Below, in pieces: positions 51,901 through 61,044 of a DNA stretch of 64,000 nucleotides. The stretch's first letter is position 1, and each line of letters opens with the position of its first letter. A model generated the notes under the pieces. It was not told the DNA's origin and did not search any database. It saw only the letters and a program-made list of their open reading frames with translations. Source of the DNA: an uncultured Hymenobacter sp. GTDB lineage: Bacteria > Bacteroidota > Bacteroidia > Cytophagales > Hymenobacteraceae. Both the position numbers and the translations under genes were made by a program. The DNA is taken from NCBI GenBank assembly GCA_937871705.1, contig CALMOO010000657.1, positions 2,278 to 66,277 on the forward strand, written 5' to 3'.

Positions 51901-53282
51901 GCTACATCGCCCCCGGAAGCGTCGGGCTGCGCCTGGTTGAAATAATAGCGAGACTGCTTGGTCGTCAAGTCGTAGCACGCAGCTCCGTTGCGGGTACCGT
52001 ACCAGAGCAGGTTGCGCGCTTCCTCCTTGTAAATGGCGTTGACATAGTTATTGGGCAGCGTAGGCTGGCCTAGCAACTGCTGGCGAATGCGCCCAAAGGG
52101 CTTCTGTCGCAGGTTTATCCAATTAAGCCCCCCGGCTGCCGCGCACAGCCACAGCAGTTGGTTTCGGTCCTCAAAAATCTGATAGACCTGCTCGGCATTG
52201 ATGCTGTACGGCTCCCCATCGCGGGGTAGAAAGCGGTGTGGCGGCTCGGGCTGCAGGGGCGGGCTATTGGCGGTAGCTGGGCCGGGCTCCCACATGTACA
52301 GCCCATAGATAGTGCCGGTCCACAGGCGGTTAAACGAATCGAGGTGCAGCGACTGCAGAAACGGCAGTCGCTGTGGCAAGGCGGTGGCCGTTAGTTCCTC
52401 AGGCCGGCGGCCGGCCGCGCCGTGCACCCACAGCACGGTATGGTCGGTGCCTACCCACAGGTCGCCGCGGTGGTCAAGGCACAGGGCTCGCACGCTGGAC
52501 GTTGCCACCGGGGTAGCGCGAGCTACTAGCTGAGCAGCTGTGGCATCTACCACCTGCAGGCCTACGTCGTAAGCGCCCACCCAAATGCTGCCTTGCTGGT
52601 CTATCGCTAAGGCGCGCACGTTAAATGCCGAATTGGGCGCGCCCGCCGGAGAGATGAGCGCCAGGTTTTGCAGCTGCTGGTAGCCTGGCCCGAAAGTTAG
52701 CACGAATAGTCCCTGGCTGGTCCCCACCCAGAGTCGACCCCGCGCGTCGGACACCAGCGACGACACATCAGCCTGGGCTAGCTGCCGCATGAGGCGCCAC
52801 GCAGCCGGTGGTACCGGCTTTGTGGCGAAGCTCTGGAAACAGTCGTGGTCGGCGTCGTAAAAACTGATGCCGCCGCGCTCGGTACCCACCCAGAGCTGTC
52901 CGGCTGGGTCGCAGTGCAGCACTCGGATGCGGTTGGCCGATAGTCCATTCAGCGGGTTTACAGGCAGGGAGTACTGCTTCAGGCCATAGCCGTCGTAGCG
53001 GTCCAGGCCATGGTTGGTACCCACCCAGATGAAGCCGGTCCTATCCTGCGTCACGGTCATGGCGTCACTGTGCGCGAGGCCCTCATCTACGGAAAGGTGC
53101 TCGAAGCGGAACTCACTCGGCGGAGAAGGCTGGGCATGCGCCGTCTGCACCACTCGTAAGCACAGTACCAGCAGCGCCCAACAAGTGATTAACCCCCATT
53201 GCCTACTGTGTGCAGCGCTCGGGAGCGGCCTTTTGAGGGGCGGAGAAAGGTGAGGAAGCGGGGTGGGAAAGGTGAGTAGCAA
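48945..53282 (-). CDS. hybrid two-component system (beta-propeller sensor, Y_Y_Y, His kinase, receiver, AraC HTH); start codon uncertain
   Basis: D..G..WVGT..GL repeats, FANLPPGNY, FFTNVSHELRTPL, GTGIGLSL, DLIISDVMMP and VSEVAFQVG..YFRKTF. Confidence 0.95.
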   Translation of the reverse strand: MLLTFPTPLPHLSPPLKRPLPSAAHSRQWGLITCWALLVLCLRVVQTAHAQPSPPSEFRFEHLSVDEGLAHSDAMTVTQDRTGFIWVGTNHGLDRYDGYGLKQYSLPVNPLNGLSANRIRVLHCDPAGQLWVGTERGGISFYDADHDCFQSFATKPVPPAAWRLMRQLAQADVSSLVSDARGRLWVGTSQGLFVLTFGPGYQQLQNLALISPAGAPNSAFNVRALAIDQQGSIWVGAYDVGLQVVDATAAQLVARATPVATSSVRALCLDHRGDLWVGTDHTVLWVHGAAGRRPEELTATALPQRLPFLQSLHLDSFNRLWTGTIYGLYMWEPGPATANSPPLQPEPPHRFLPRDGEPYSINAEQVYQIFEDRNQLLWLCAAAGGLNWINLRQKPFGRIRQQLLGQPTLPNNYVNAIYKEEARNLLWYGTRNGAACYDLTTKQSRYYFNQAQPDASGGDVATIFQSSNGTLWFGTRGSGLVALTRPNGHDQLTTYTTVGQGALDLSRLSIESLAEDRYGTLWIGTRGGGLHHLSQDGRMLPAHSPPRHPLPSTQFTYLLYDRTQDVLWASTCDAGLLKLRVTPDSVVLLRQFAYHSPPGQRLQVNYTWPLLLDRRGSLWIGTIGGGLHQLVTDTRGKETVRSYQQWLPESDVESLLADDDGNLWVGGTGLYRFRPGTRQCLRYDVSDGLQSNSFKIGAAYRAQDGTLYFGGKNGISYFQPRAIQPNPYPPVVQLTGLRISNEPVEVGAQLHGRVLLQHALTTPQLLTIKASENDFSVDFVALNFASPHKSRYAYLLEGYHHAWVLPPPGQRTASFANLPPGNYTLWVKASNGEGGWSRQSATMQFTVLAPWYRTGWAYLLYALAALGAVAVYRQVEMAQQRLKNQLVLEQFQAEKEKELTDLKLGFFTNVSHELRTPLTLILGPMEEIMGSAGPVANLPGKVQLMHQQARKLLELVNQLLDFRKVETGHMPLLARHDDVVSFLANLYPVFRLRAEEKTITYVLDVPAEPVVLYFDRSKLEIILNNLLANAFTYTPAQGRVELAATIVGNPGGEAVYGPAQLTGNYLKVTVTDTGVGIKASELARIFDPYYQASHTAARRVAGTGIGLSLAKQFAERHGGQLTVASQRGVGTTFELRLPFGCQHLGPEDLLPLDPTVELAQDTPAGLTLSEPVTAVRATLAYANRPRLLLVEDTDDVRQYLSQLFADDYEVLTAVDGLVGWEQSLRHLPDLIISDVMMPQSDGLELCRQLKQHPKTAHIPVVLLTARTAAVHELEGLGVGADDYVSKPFNPLVLQAKAAALLRNRGKLREYYQRQILLEPTEIVVADVDRQFLENAMAVVERNLDNPEFSVQGLAREVGMSQSICYRRIKNATGQTTVEFIRDVRMKRAAQLLTQTQMRVSEVAFQVGITDEKYFRKTFQKIYGVVPSEYIRQHRPSRDSPAPATD

Positions 53283-53520
53283 GAACGAGTGTGCAAAGTG
53301 GAGTCATATTCACTAGCAAGGGACGAATTTAAAGACCTGCCTCTAGCAATTGGCTATTCAGAGTTAATAACCAGCCAACACGTAAGTTGACTAGTGAAGC
53401 AATGTAGCTAAATCGCACACAGATAAGACGTAAAGCGAAGTTGCGACTCGACATCGTTGTGTACTCAATAATTTCAAGTAGTGTATGGCACTCGGCCTTG
53501 CGCTAGATGGTTCTCGACAA

Positions 53521-53588
53521 GACTTATGCAAAACTCACCTGTCACCGCTTTGCTGCGCTCGCGATGACAGGTGAGTTTTGTATAAGTC
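53521..53588. repeat. 68-bp near-perfect inverted repeat (REP/MITE-like; possible terminator for the GH76 gene)
   Basis: GACTTATGCAAAACTCACCTGTCA ... TGACAGGTGAGTTTTGTATAAGTC: 24-bp arms with one G-T pair. Confidence 0.75.
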
Positions 53589-53683
53589 CTGCTTAAACTA
53601 AGATTCAGCAGGACTACAGCGGCTACCAGCGCTAGGTAACTAAATCGCCTCATAGTTCGCCTCAGACCACCGTTTTCCTATAC

Positions 53684-56600
53684 CTACTTTTTTATCAATT
53701 TGTAATTTCTCCGATTTGAAAAATCGTCCACATTGATAAAATATAAACCGGGTTTCAACGCACTTATATTGATTTTAGCATTTCCATCCACAATGATTGG
53801 TGTTGGTTGAAGCATTACTTTTCCAGACAAGTCACTCACAATAATCAGCTCATTTCCAGCGATATTAGTCAGTGTTACTTCATCCGCTGCTGGGTTCGGA
53901 TAAAAGCTCAGTACCTGGCTGTTGGGGGCAGCTGCTGTGAGCACAGTCGCTCTGTTTACGGTCACGACAATGTTCTTGAAGCTTAGACAACCTAAATTGT
54001 TCGTATAAGTAGCCTGGTAAATTCCCGCTTGATTAACCTGGATATTCTGCAGTACTATTTCCCTGGTGTTGGCAAAGAATCCTCCGGGGCCGGTCCATGC
54101 CCACATGTTTTTGCCAGGCTGTGGCCCTAGCTGCAGCTTATCGCCTTCATTTACAGTGACTGAAGAATCGCTCTGCCAGGTGCCATCATTGACGTTGAAA
54201 TACGGCGTAATTGGCGTGCCGCAGTAGTCATCGTTGGTCACATCAATGGTCAGTATATGCGTGCTGATGCAGGCGTTGTTGCCAATCAAGCTGATTTCAT
54301 AGCTTCCTTTTTGCCAAAAAAGAATCCTTCTAAAATATACTTCGGCAGCTTCAGAGGTAAAGCCATTGGGTCCTGTCCATCTCCAAGTGCCCTCAGTTGC
54401 CGGAAACTTAATCAATACACTGTCACCGGAATGGACTGAAATGGAAGCGGTGTTTTGTACCTGTATTCCGTTTACCGTAATGGTTGGTGTAATTGATGCT
54501 TGCGTACAATTGCCATTGAACCCGATGGTGAAATCGCGCGAACTCACGCAACCAGCAGCATTAGTGAAAGCAGCCGTGTAGGTACCTGCTTGCTGCGCCG
54601 TAAAGTTTGTAATAGTAAACTCCCTCGTAGTGGCTGTAAAATTATTGGGACCAGTCCAGCTCCAGGTTCCACCGTCCGCTGCTTGCGGGCCAACGGTAAT
54701 CTTGTCGCCGATATTTAACGAAGCATATTCCTGCTTTTTCCACACAACGTCATTTACGTTGAGGTAGGGCGTGATTGGTAAACCACAAGGGTCCGGACCC
54801 GTCAGCGCAATACTGATTGTCCGGGTGCTTACGCAGCCAGCAGAATTAGTGTGAGTTACGGTATACTTCCCCGCTTTTTTATAATCAATACTTAGAAACG
54901 AAAATTCTCTAGCGTTAGCTACGAATCCATTTGGTCCTGTCCACGTCCAGCTGCCCTCTTCCGGCTGCGCCTCCACGGCGACGTAGCTACCTGCTTGCAC
55001 GGTAAGTGAATCTGCCTGCCGAGGCGCTGCTTCATTGACTTGAATACTGGTGCTAATCGGGGTAGGCATGCAATTCTTCAAGGTGATTACAAAATCCTGT
55101 TCGCTGACACAGCCCGCCGGATTGGTATACCTCGCGGTGTAAATACCGCCTTGGCTAAAGTCAATTTTATTAAGCGTAACTACCCGCGACGTTGAAGAAA
55201 AATTCTGGGGCCCTGTCCAGCTCCAGGTTCCGTCCCCAGGCGTTGGTTTAAGTTGCACCTTGTCGCCGCTCGCAACTGTTATAGCAGCTGTTTGCTGGGC
55301 TGGCTTGCCATTCACCAACACAATAGGGACTATCTGACTGCAGCTTTGAGCAGTAAACTTGTCGATAGTCCAGCCGCCGGCGACTGCCTTTAGCTTTAAA
55401 GATTGTATGCCCGCTTTCAATTCTACGGCGGCATTTACCGCGTTAAAAGCGCTGCCAGTAGCGGGAAGCGCAAGGGTTGTCAAGGTTACGTTGTTCTGCT
55501 GAATTTCCATCGACCCAGCGGCTATTCCTGCGACGCTGAAGGACAAAGTATATAGCCCTGATTTTGGAGCATTTACAATAAATTCCAGCCAGTCTCCGCT
55601 GTCAATTGCGCCGACAGCTTTGCCACCCGTTGAAAGACCTACGGTAGAAGCGCCTTGCATGAAGTTATAGTCTTCTGCTTCGATGGTTCCAGAAAGTGAG
55701 TGAACCATCGGGGTAAATTGCAGCATCGCTACGGTACTTACATATTTCGTGGGCCAACTGTTGGAAACGACCGGGGTAGGAGCTGCCCAGCCATTCCACG
55801 AAAGATTAAGGTCTGTTCTGCGGTTTTTCCAGGCGGCGTCCGCATTTTGTTTCATAAAAGGGTAATAGGTATTCCAGAGTTGCGGATTCCACATGCAGAG
55901 ATGACCCAGACCACGAGCGTACTCGTCGGCCCAGGTATTCAGATAGTCCGCGGAATTACTGATAATCCCATTGGTGGTCATGTTATTGATTACATAATTG
56001 GCGGCTAGCTGCGCATCTCTCAACATCATCTCGTTGCCGGTAATTTTGTACAGATGAGCCGCAAAATCAATAAAAGACCCTTGGTTGTAAACCGCAGAGC
56101 CCTTGTTCACCACCTCAATCCGGTCGATTCCCGCATACACCTGCCCGTTCAATGGATTGAAAAGGTGGCTTCTCGACCAATTATAGATTTGGATGGCTTT
56201 GTCGCGGTAATCGGCTTTTCCGGTGCTCTCATAAAGTATACAAGCGAGCTTCCCATTGGGATTGTTAGATAAGGCTTCCTTGTTGACTGCCCACTCAGCG
56301 GGCGACTTCCCACGTTCAGCAGGGGTCATATCGGGTTGCTGTTCCCAAATTCCGCCGCTGTTGAAGACGGTATTCCACCCTCTGTCGTAAGCAAGGTTGA
56401 AGCAATACTCGGCTTGGGTTAAAAAATTGATGGTACCTGTTACTTGATATCCCCTAGCCAGGCCGAGCCCCATCCAGGCAATATCGTCATTCCAGCCATC
56501 GTAGGCATAGGGAGGAGGATTGAGCTTAAGAAAGCCGTTGCAGAGCTTATTGACCAAAGCCTTGTCCGCGTCACTCTTTCTGCGTTCATAAGTGTCTTGC

Positions 56601-56848
56601 ATCCCGAAAATATCCAAGGCTAAAGTCCAGTTGCCGTCGGATGCGTTGTCGTTCAGGGCTTTTTTGTAGTAAACGTTGTCACTCTGCGTTACCAGAAAGG
56701 CATTATTGAACGCCTGAATGGAAGAATCAGCCCGCTGATTTAAAATCTGTGCCTGCGATAAGGTAGTGCTGGCAAAAAACAGCAGCAGGACGAACGGCCT
56801 AAAATACCTCACACGAGGGTTGACACTGGATTTCTGGTGCTTTTCCAT
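53684..56848 (-). CDS. multimodular secreted GH76 with CBM6/35-like module, five Ig/PKD-like repeats and T9SS C-terminal domain
   Basis: WNDDIAW, SGGIW and YNQG; IEAEDY..GDWLEF CBM; 5x WxWTGP repeats; FYPNPA..ISALKPGLYFI tail. AT-richer codon use. Confidence 0.9.
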   Translation of the reverse strand: MEKHQKSSVNPRVRYFRPFVLLLFFASTTLSQAQILNQRADSSIQAFNNAFLVTQSDNVYYKKALNDNASDGNWTLALDIFGMQDTYERRKSDADKALVNKLCNGFLKLNPPPYAYDGWNDDIAWMGLGLARGYQVTGTINFLTQAEYCFNLAYDRGWNTVFNSGGIWEQQPDMTPAERGKSPAEWAVNKEALSNNPNGKLACILYESTGKADYRDKAIQIYNWSRSHLFNPLNGQVYAGIDRIEVVNKGSAVYNQGSFIDFAAHLYKITGNEMMLRDAQLAANYVINNMTTNGIISNSADYLNTWADEYARGLGHLCMWNPQLWNTYYPFMKQNADAAWKNRRTDLNLSWNGWAAPTPVVSNSWPTKYVSTVAMLQFTPMVHSLSGTIEAEDYNFMQGASTVGLSTGGKAVGAIDSGDWLEFIVNAPKSGLYTLSFSVAGIAAGSMEIQQNNVTLTTLALPATGSAFNAVNAAVELKAGIQSLKLKAVAGGWTIDKFTAQSCSQIVPIVLVNGKPAQQTAAITVASGDKVQLKPTPGDGTWSWTGPQNFSSTSRVVTLNKIDFSQGGIYTARYTNPAGCVSEQDFVITLKNCMPTPISTSIQVNEAAPRQADSLTVQAGSYVAVEAQPEEGSWTWTGPNGFVANAREFSFLSIDYKKAGKYTVTHTNSAGCVSTRTISIALTGPDPCGLPITPYLNVNDVVWKKQEYASLNIGDKITVGPQAADGGTWSWTGPNNFTATTREFTITNFTAQQAGTYTAAFTNAAGCVSSRDFTIGFNGNCTQASITPTITVNGIQVQNTASISVHSGDSVLIKFPATEGTWRWTGPNGFTSEAAEVYFRRILFWQKGSYEISLIGNNACISTHILTIDVTNDDYCGTPITPYFNVNDGTWQSDSSVTVNEGDKLQLGPQPGKNMWAWTGPGGFFANTREIVLQNIQVNQAGIYQATYTNNLGCLSFKNIVVTVNRATVLTAAAPNSQVLSFYPNPAADEVTLTNIAGNELIIVSDLSGKVMLQPTPIIVDGNAKINISALKPGLYFINVDDFSNRRNYKLIKK

Positions 56849-57179
56849 GGGTGGGATTGTAGAGATTTACCATTTGACGGAAATCCAATTCGGGTATTTT
56901 TTTGCAGCTTGTTTTTATTACCAGCGCTATTTTCTGGCGCCAGTACACGCATCATTTCCGCTACGGAATAGCTCCTTTTTTCGAGTCAGCAATCAGGAAC
57001 AACAGTTGGCTTGCCTAGGCTAGAACATCAGGCAAACTGAGTGAAGGAAGCAACACCTAGCGGGCAGTGCGGTAGCCAGGCAGTAGGATTGTTGTAGTTG
57101 ATACGGTGCCTAGAGTGGGGCCTACTTCCGGAGTCAGCTGGGTCTTATTTGAATAGAAGCAAGGCCATTCTGGAGATGA

Positions 57180-57243
57180 TACAAATCTACCAGCCTGTTT
57201 CTTGCCTGAACCGGGGGTTTTAGGTGAAAAAACCGGGTCATTT
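57180..57243 (-). promoter_or_regulatory. promoter module for the large GH76 gene, paralogous to the susC promoter
   Basis: CAAATCTA at 57182-57189 (-7 box on minus strand) and GAACCGGGGGTTTTAGGTGAAAAAACCGGGTCATTT at almost the same spacing as at 45.3 kb. Confidence 0.7.
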
Positions 57244-57569
57244 TAATGAATACTCCTCTTCAGGATAGAACACATACCCTTCGCCGACCTGCCCTGAATA
57301 GCCCTTGGTAGCTATCGTAGTCAGGGAAAGCTGAGCGCTCTAAATTTAAATTAACTGATTTTAAGTTGTTTCTTAACTGAAGTTTTCTAATTGCCGTAAT
57401 CTGTGGGACCAAATCTTCCACGACGCTAGCTGGCGCTGTTCAACCGTCTTGTTATAAGTCTGTTGCAGATAAGCCAGGTCAGTAAGCTGGTTAATAGTGG
57501 TTTGGAAGCGCCCACTATGTGGTCGAGTAGGTTCATTAGACGATCTACTATCTCATCCTGCTGCAGATC

Positions 57570-58756
57570 TGTACGCTTCCTGGAGAAGTGAGCCAGTTGT
57601 GAGTAGAGAAAAGCGTATTTTCACTATCTGACAACTGACACATGAAAAAGGGACGATTCAGCGAGGCCCAGCTTGTGGCCATTCTGCGACAGCAAGCCAG
57701 CGGGCAGACCGTGGCCCAGATTGTGCGTGAGCACGGCTTGAGCGAGGCGACGTTCTATTCCTGGAAAAGCAAGTATGCGGGGGCCAGCGTCGCGGAGCTT
57801 ACTCGGCTCAAGCACTTGGAAGAAGAGAATCGCACGCTCAAGCAGCTGTTTGCCGATTTGAGATTAGAGAACCAAGCTATCAAAGAGCTACTGCGAAAAA
57901 AGTAGCCAGCCCTGCGGCGCGACGCCAGGCAGCGCAGGGCTTAGTGAGTAAGGGCTGGAGTCAACGGCGAGCGTGTGCCCTGGTCGGGCTCGCGCGTGGC
58001 AGCTATCATCGCGTGAAGCAGGGGCGTAACGATGAGCCGGTATAGCAGGCTTTATGGGCGTTAACGGGGCGGCACCCCTGCTAGGGTTTCTGAAAGCTGC
58101 ACCACTGCTTGCGCAAAAACGGCCTGCTAATCAATCACAAACGCACGTTGCGTATTTATCGAACACTCGCCTTGAACTTACCCCGGCGCCTAAAAAAGCG
58201 AGTGCCTGCCCGTGTCAAGCAGCCTTTAGTGGTACCGGTGGCGGCTAATGTGTGCTGATCACTTGACTTTACCAGCGACGTGTTGACGGATGGCCGCCGG
58301 TTTCGGACGCTAAACGTGCTCGATGATTTTAACCGCCAATAATTGGGCATCGAAATCGACTTTTCCTTACCGGCCAATCGCGTCGTACAGGTACTCACGC
58401 GCTTAGTCGAGTGCCATGGCCGTCCCACGCAGCTGCGTACCGATAGCGGCTCTGAATTTATCAGCGCCCGTCTGAGCGAGTGGTGTGAGCAGCAGGGCAT
58501 TGTTCTGCACTAAATTCAGCCCGGCAAGCCGACGCAAAACGCCTACATCGAACGCTTCAACGCCTCGTTTCGCCGCTAGCTGCTTGACGCCCAGCTGTTT
58601 CGCTCGCTGGCCCACGTACGCCAGCTCGTGGACGAGTGGCTGCACGATTACAACACCCAACGGCCGCACCAAGCCTTGAATTTTAGGACCCCATCGAATT
58701 TAAACAAGCGGCTTAGCCTCTGCTAACTACTGGTTTACCGAACGGGGAAGCGTACA
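57570..58756 (+). mobile_element. IS3-family (IS407-like) insertion sequence, full length but with inactivated orfB
   Basis: Terminal IRs TGTACGCTTCC..GTGAGCCAGTTGT and (rc) TGTACGCTTCC..GTAAACCAGTAGT; intact orfA; A6G slippery site at 57896-57902; orfB motifs SLDFTSD, RTDSGSEF and PGKPTQNAYIERFN interrupted by several stops. Confidence 0.9.
57642..57905 (+). CDS. IS3-family transposase OrfA (HTH_Tnp_1)
   Basis: MKKGRFSEAQLVAIL..VREHGLSEATFYSWKSKY..RLKHLEEENRTLK. Confidence 0.9.
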   Translation: MKKGRFSEAQLVAILRQQASGQTVAQIVREHGLSEATFYSWKSKYAGASVAELTRLKHLEEENRTLKQLFADLRLENQAIKELLRKK

Positions 58757-59430
58757 CTATGAGGTAGACGAGAATTTGCCCTGGCACTCGACCGTGAGCC
58801 GCACGCGCAAGGCGTGACAGCCTGGATTCCGGTCTTCGGGCAGTACAAGCCCGAAACGCAGGGCTTCGCCTACGACCGCACAGCCGACCAGTACGTCTGC
58901 CCGATGGGCAAGGCGCTGCCCTTCCAGAAGTACGACACGAACCAGGACGGCGGTTAATACAAAATCTATTGGGCCGCCTACCGCGATAGCCAGCCGTGCC
59001 CGCGCAAGCCGGCCTGCGCCCCGAAAGCCCAGCGCAAGCAGCTCACCAAAGCCATTTACGAGGCGACTTATCGGCGGGCTTGGCAGTGCCAGCAGTCCCG
59101 CCGGGGAGCGTCTGCGCCGGGTCCGACAAAGTACAGTGGAACCCGTATTTGGCAATCTAATCCATCATTACGGCCTGCGCCGGATGAACGTGCAAGGGCA
59201 GGCTGGGGTCCACAAGACCATGCTGCTCACGGCCGTGGCTTACAACCTTAAAAAGCTGCTTCGGTACCGGCCGAGGTAGCACATCAGCACGGCTGTTGCG
59301 CTGCCCCAGCCGGTGGCAGTTCCAGATACACGCTTTTTGCTCCGTAATCGCCGGGCCTATTTCAAAAATCAGGCCCCAGCGTAGCATCTGATCAGAAAAG
59401 GAGCAATCCAAGCGGAGTTCTGCAACAGCT
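58757..59430 (+). pseudogene. IS1182-family transposase C-terminal remnant (DDE_Tnp_1_6-like) with putative right end
   Basis: Plus-strand reading FGQYKPETQGFAYDRTADQYVCPMGKAL...CPRKPAC... then RQSTVEPVFGNLIHHYGLRR...AYNLKKLL, with stops and a frameshift. End-like GAGTTCTGCAACAGC at 59415-59429. Confidence 0.8.
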
Positions 59431-59563
59431 ACGTTCGTTAAAGTAGACTAGTAATTGCGTCGCTCCTGTCCTTTTGCTGGGGTAGCTTTGCAGGCACGCA
59501 CCAGTTACCATAACACGCCCTAACTTTAAAGGCTATAGCTGCTATTTTGCAGTTCGAGTCTTT

Positions 59564-60973
59564 TTAGTTTTTCAGAACTACGTAGCCATAGGCCGGCAGG
59601 GTGAGTTGGCCACCAAGGGTAGTAGTGCCGCCCTGTAAGGCGTTGGTCCAAGTGGAATTAGTTAGGGAGGCAGGCACGGTGTACGTGGTAGGAGCGTTGC
59701 GGACGTTAACCAACACTAGCGCCTGGTTGGTGCCCGCCGTTTTGGTAAAGGCACACACGTCGGCCGAGCTGGAGGAAACCGGGGTGCCATGTTGCAGGGC
59801 CGGGCTGGCGTCGCGGGCGGTCAGCAGCTGCTGGTAGGCCCCCTTCACGTCGGAATGCGCACTCCACTTTACTTTTACGGTGGTGAAAGGAAAGGTAATG
59901 GGTGTCGTCATGCCCGCTTCTTGCCCATTGTACACCAAAGGCACGCCCTTGTAGCAGGAAGCAATAACGAAGGCCGACATGGCGCCCGCATTTCCTCCGT
60001 AGAGCGTTACCGGTGTGCCATCTGAGCTATTCACGTCATGGTTGGTAGTGTAGCGTACCACGCGCTGGGTTAGTGACGCGCCTACGTACTCGCTGGTATT
60101 GAGGGCATCAAGGCTGGTAGCCGACGCGCCGCTGGCGTACACCTTTTTGAGGGCATCATAGAAGCTGAACCCAAAATTATAGTCGAAGCCGGCGGTGAAG
60201 TTGGCGCTGCGCGTGCCTTCGGCCAGCAGCAGCAACTTATGGGCCTTCACGTTGCGCAGCGTATCTACCGCTTGCTGCCAGAAGTCGACGGGCGGCGCAT
60301 CGGCGTAGTCGCAGCGGAAGCCGTCAACGTTGGCCATGTACACCCACGATTTCATGGCTGCAATCAGGTTCAGGCGCATGGTGGCATTAGCAAAGTTGAG
60401 TTGAGCCACATCGGTGTAGTTGGTATTGGGCGGGCTTAGGATGGTGCCGGCAGCGTCGCGCAGATACCAGTCGGGGTGCGTTGTAATCCAGGCATTGTCC
60501 CAGCTGGTATGGTTGGCTACCCAGTCCAGCATCACGCTCAGGCCGCGGGCGTGGGCGCCGTCCACGAGCGCGCGCAGGTCGGCCAGGGTGCCAAATTCAG
60601 GGTTGACGGCCGTGTAGTCCTGCACCGCGAAAGGCGAGTTCACGGCTCGCATTTGCCCCACTGGGTAGATGGGCATGAGGTAAAGCACGTTGACGCCGAT
60701 GGCCTTAATGGAATCGAGCCGGGCTGTGACGCCCGCCAGGTTGCCGTTTTGGCTGAAGGCACGAATATTCACTTGATAAATCGCGGCGTCTTCCCGGTTG
60801 GGCACGCCCGTGAACGGCGCGCCGTACTGCGGAGGCGTGGGAATGCTGACGGTAGGAGTAGTTGGCGTAACCTGAGTGGGAGGCTCCGGGTCGGCGGGCT
60901 TGCAGCCGGCTAGCAGGCTCGCCGTAAAGAGAAAAAATAAGCTGGTCTTGGTGGCATTAATTAACAAGGACAT
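59564..60973 (-). CDS. GH13 alpha-amylase family lipoprotein
   Basis: Lipobox LLAGC, YLMPIYP, DWVANH, VDGFRCDYA, LLAEG and NHD. Confidence 0.93.
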   Translation of the reverse strand: MSLLINATKTSLFFLFTASLLAGCKPADPEPPTQVTPTTPTVSIPTPPQYGAPFTGVPNREDAAIYQVNIRAFSQNGNLAGVTARLDSIKAIGVNVLYLMPIYPVGQMRAVNSPFAVQDYTAVNPEFGTLADLRALVDGAHARGLSVMLDWVANHTSWDNAWITTHPDWYLRDAAGTILSPPNTNYTDVAQLNFANATMRLNLIAAMKSWVYMANVDGFRCDYADAPPVDFWQQAVDTLRNVKAHKLLLLAEGTRSANFTAGFDYNFGFSFYDALKKVYASGASATSLDALNTSEYVGASLTQRVVRYTTNHDVNSSDGTPVTLYGGNAGAMSAFVIASCYKGVPLVYNGQEAGMTTPITFPFTTVKVKWSAHSDVKGAYQQLLTARDASPALQHGTPVSSSSADVCAFTKTAGTNQALVLVNVRNAPTTYTVPASLTNSTWTNALQGGTTTLGGQLTLPAYGYVVLKN

Positions 60974-61044
60974 CGGGAAACGCAAAAAAGTAGGAGTGAG
61001 ATAAAACGGTCATTGCGCCCAGACTAGTGAAGGCTGGCCGCTAC

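Noticed and set aside
61003-61030. AACGGTCATT..AGACTAG as a sixth TetR-like operator
   Set aside because: Only a half match with the wrong spacer, and it lies in an unrelated alpha-glucan locus.
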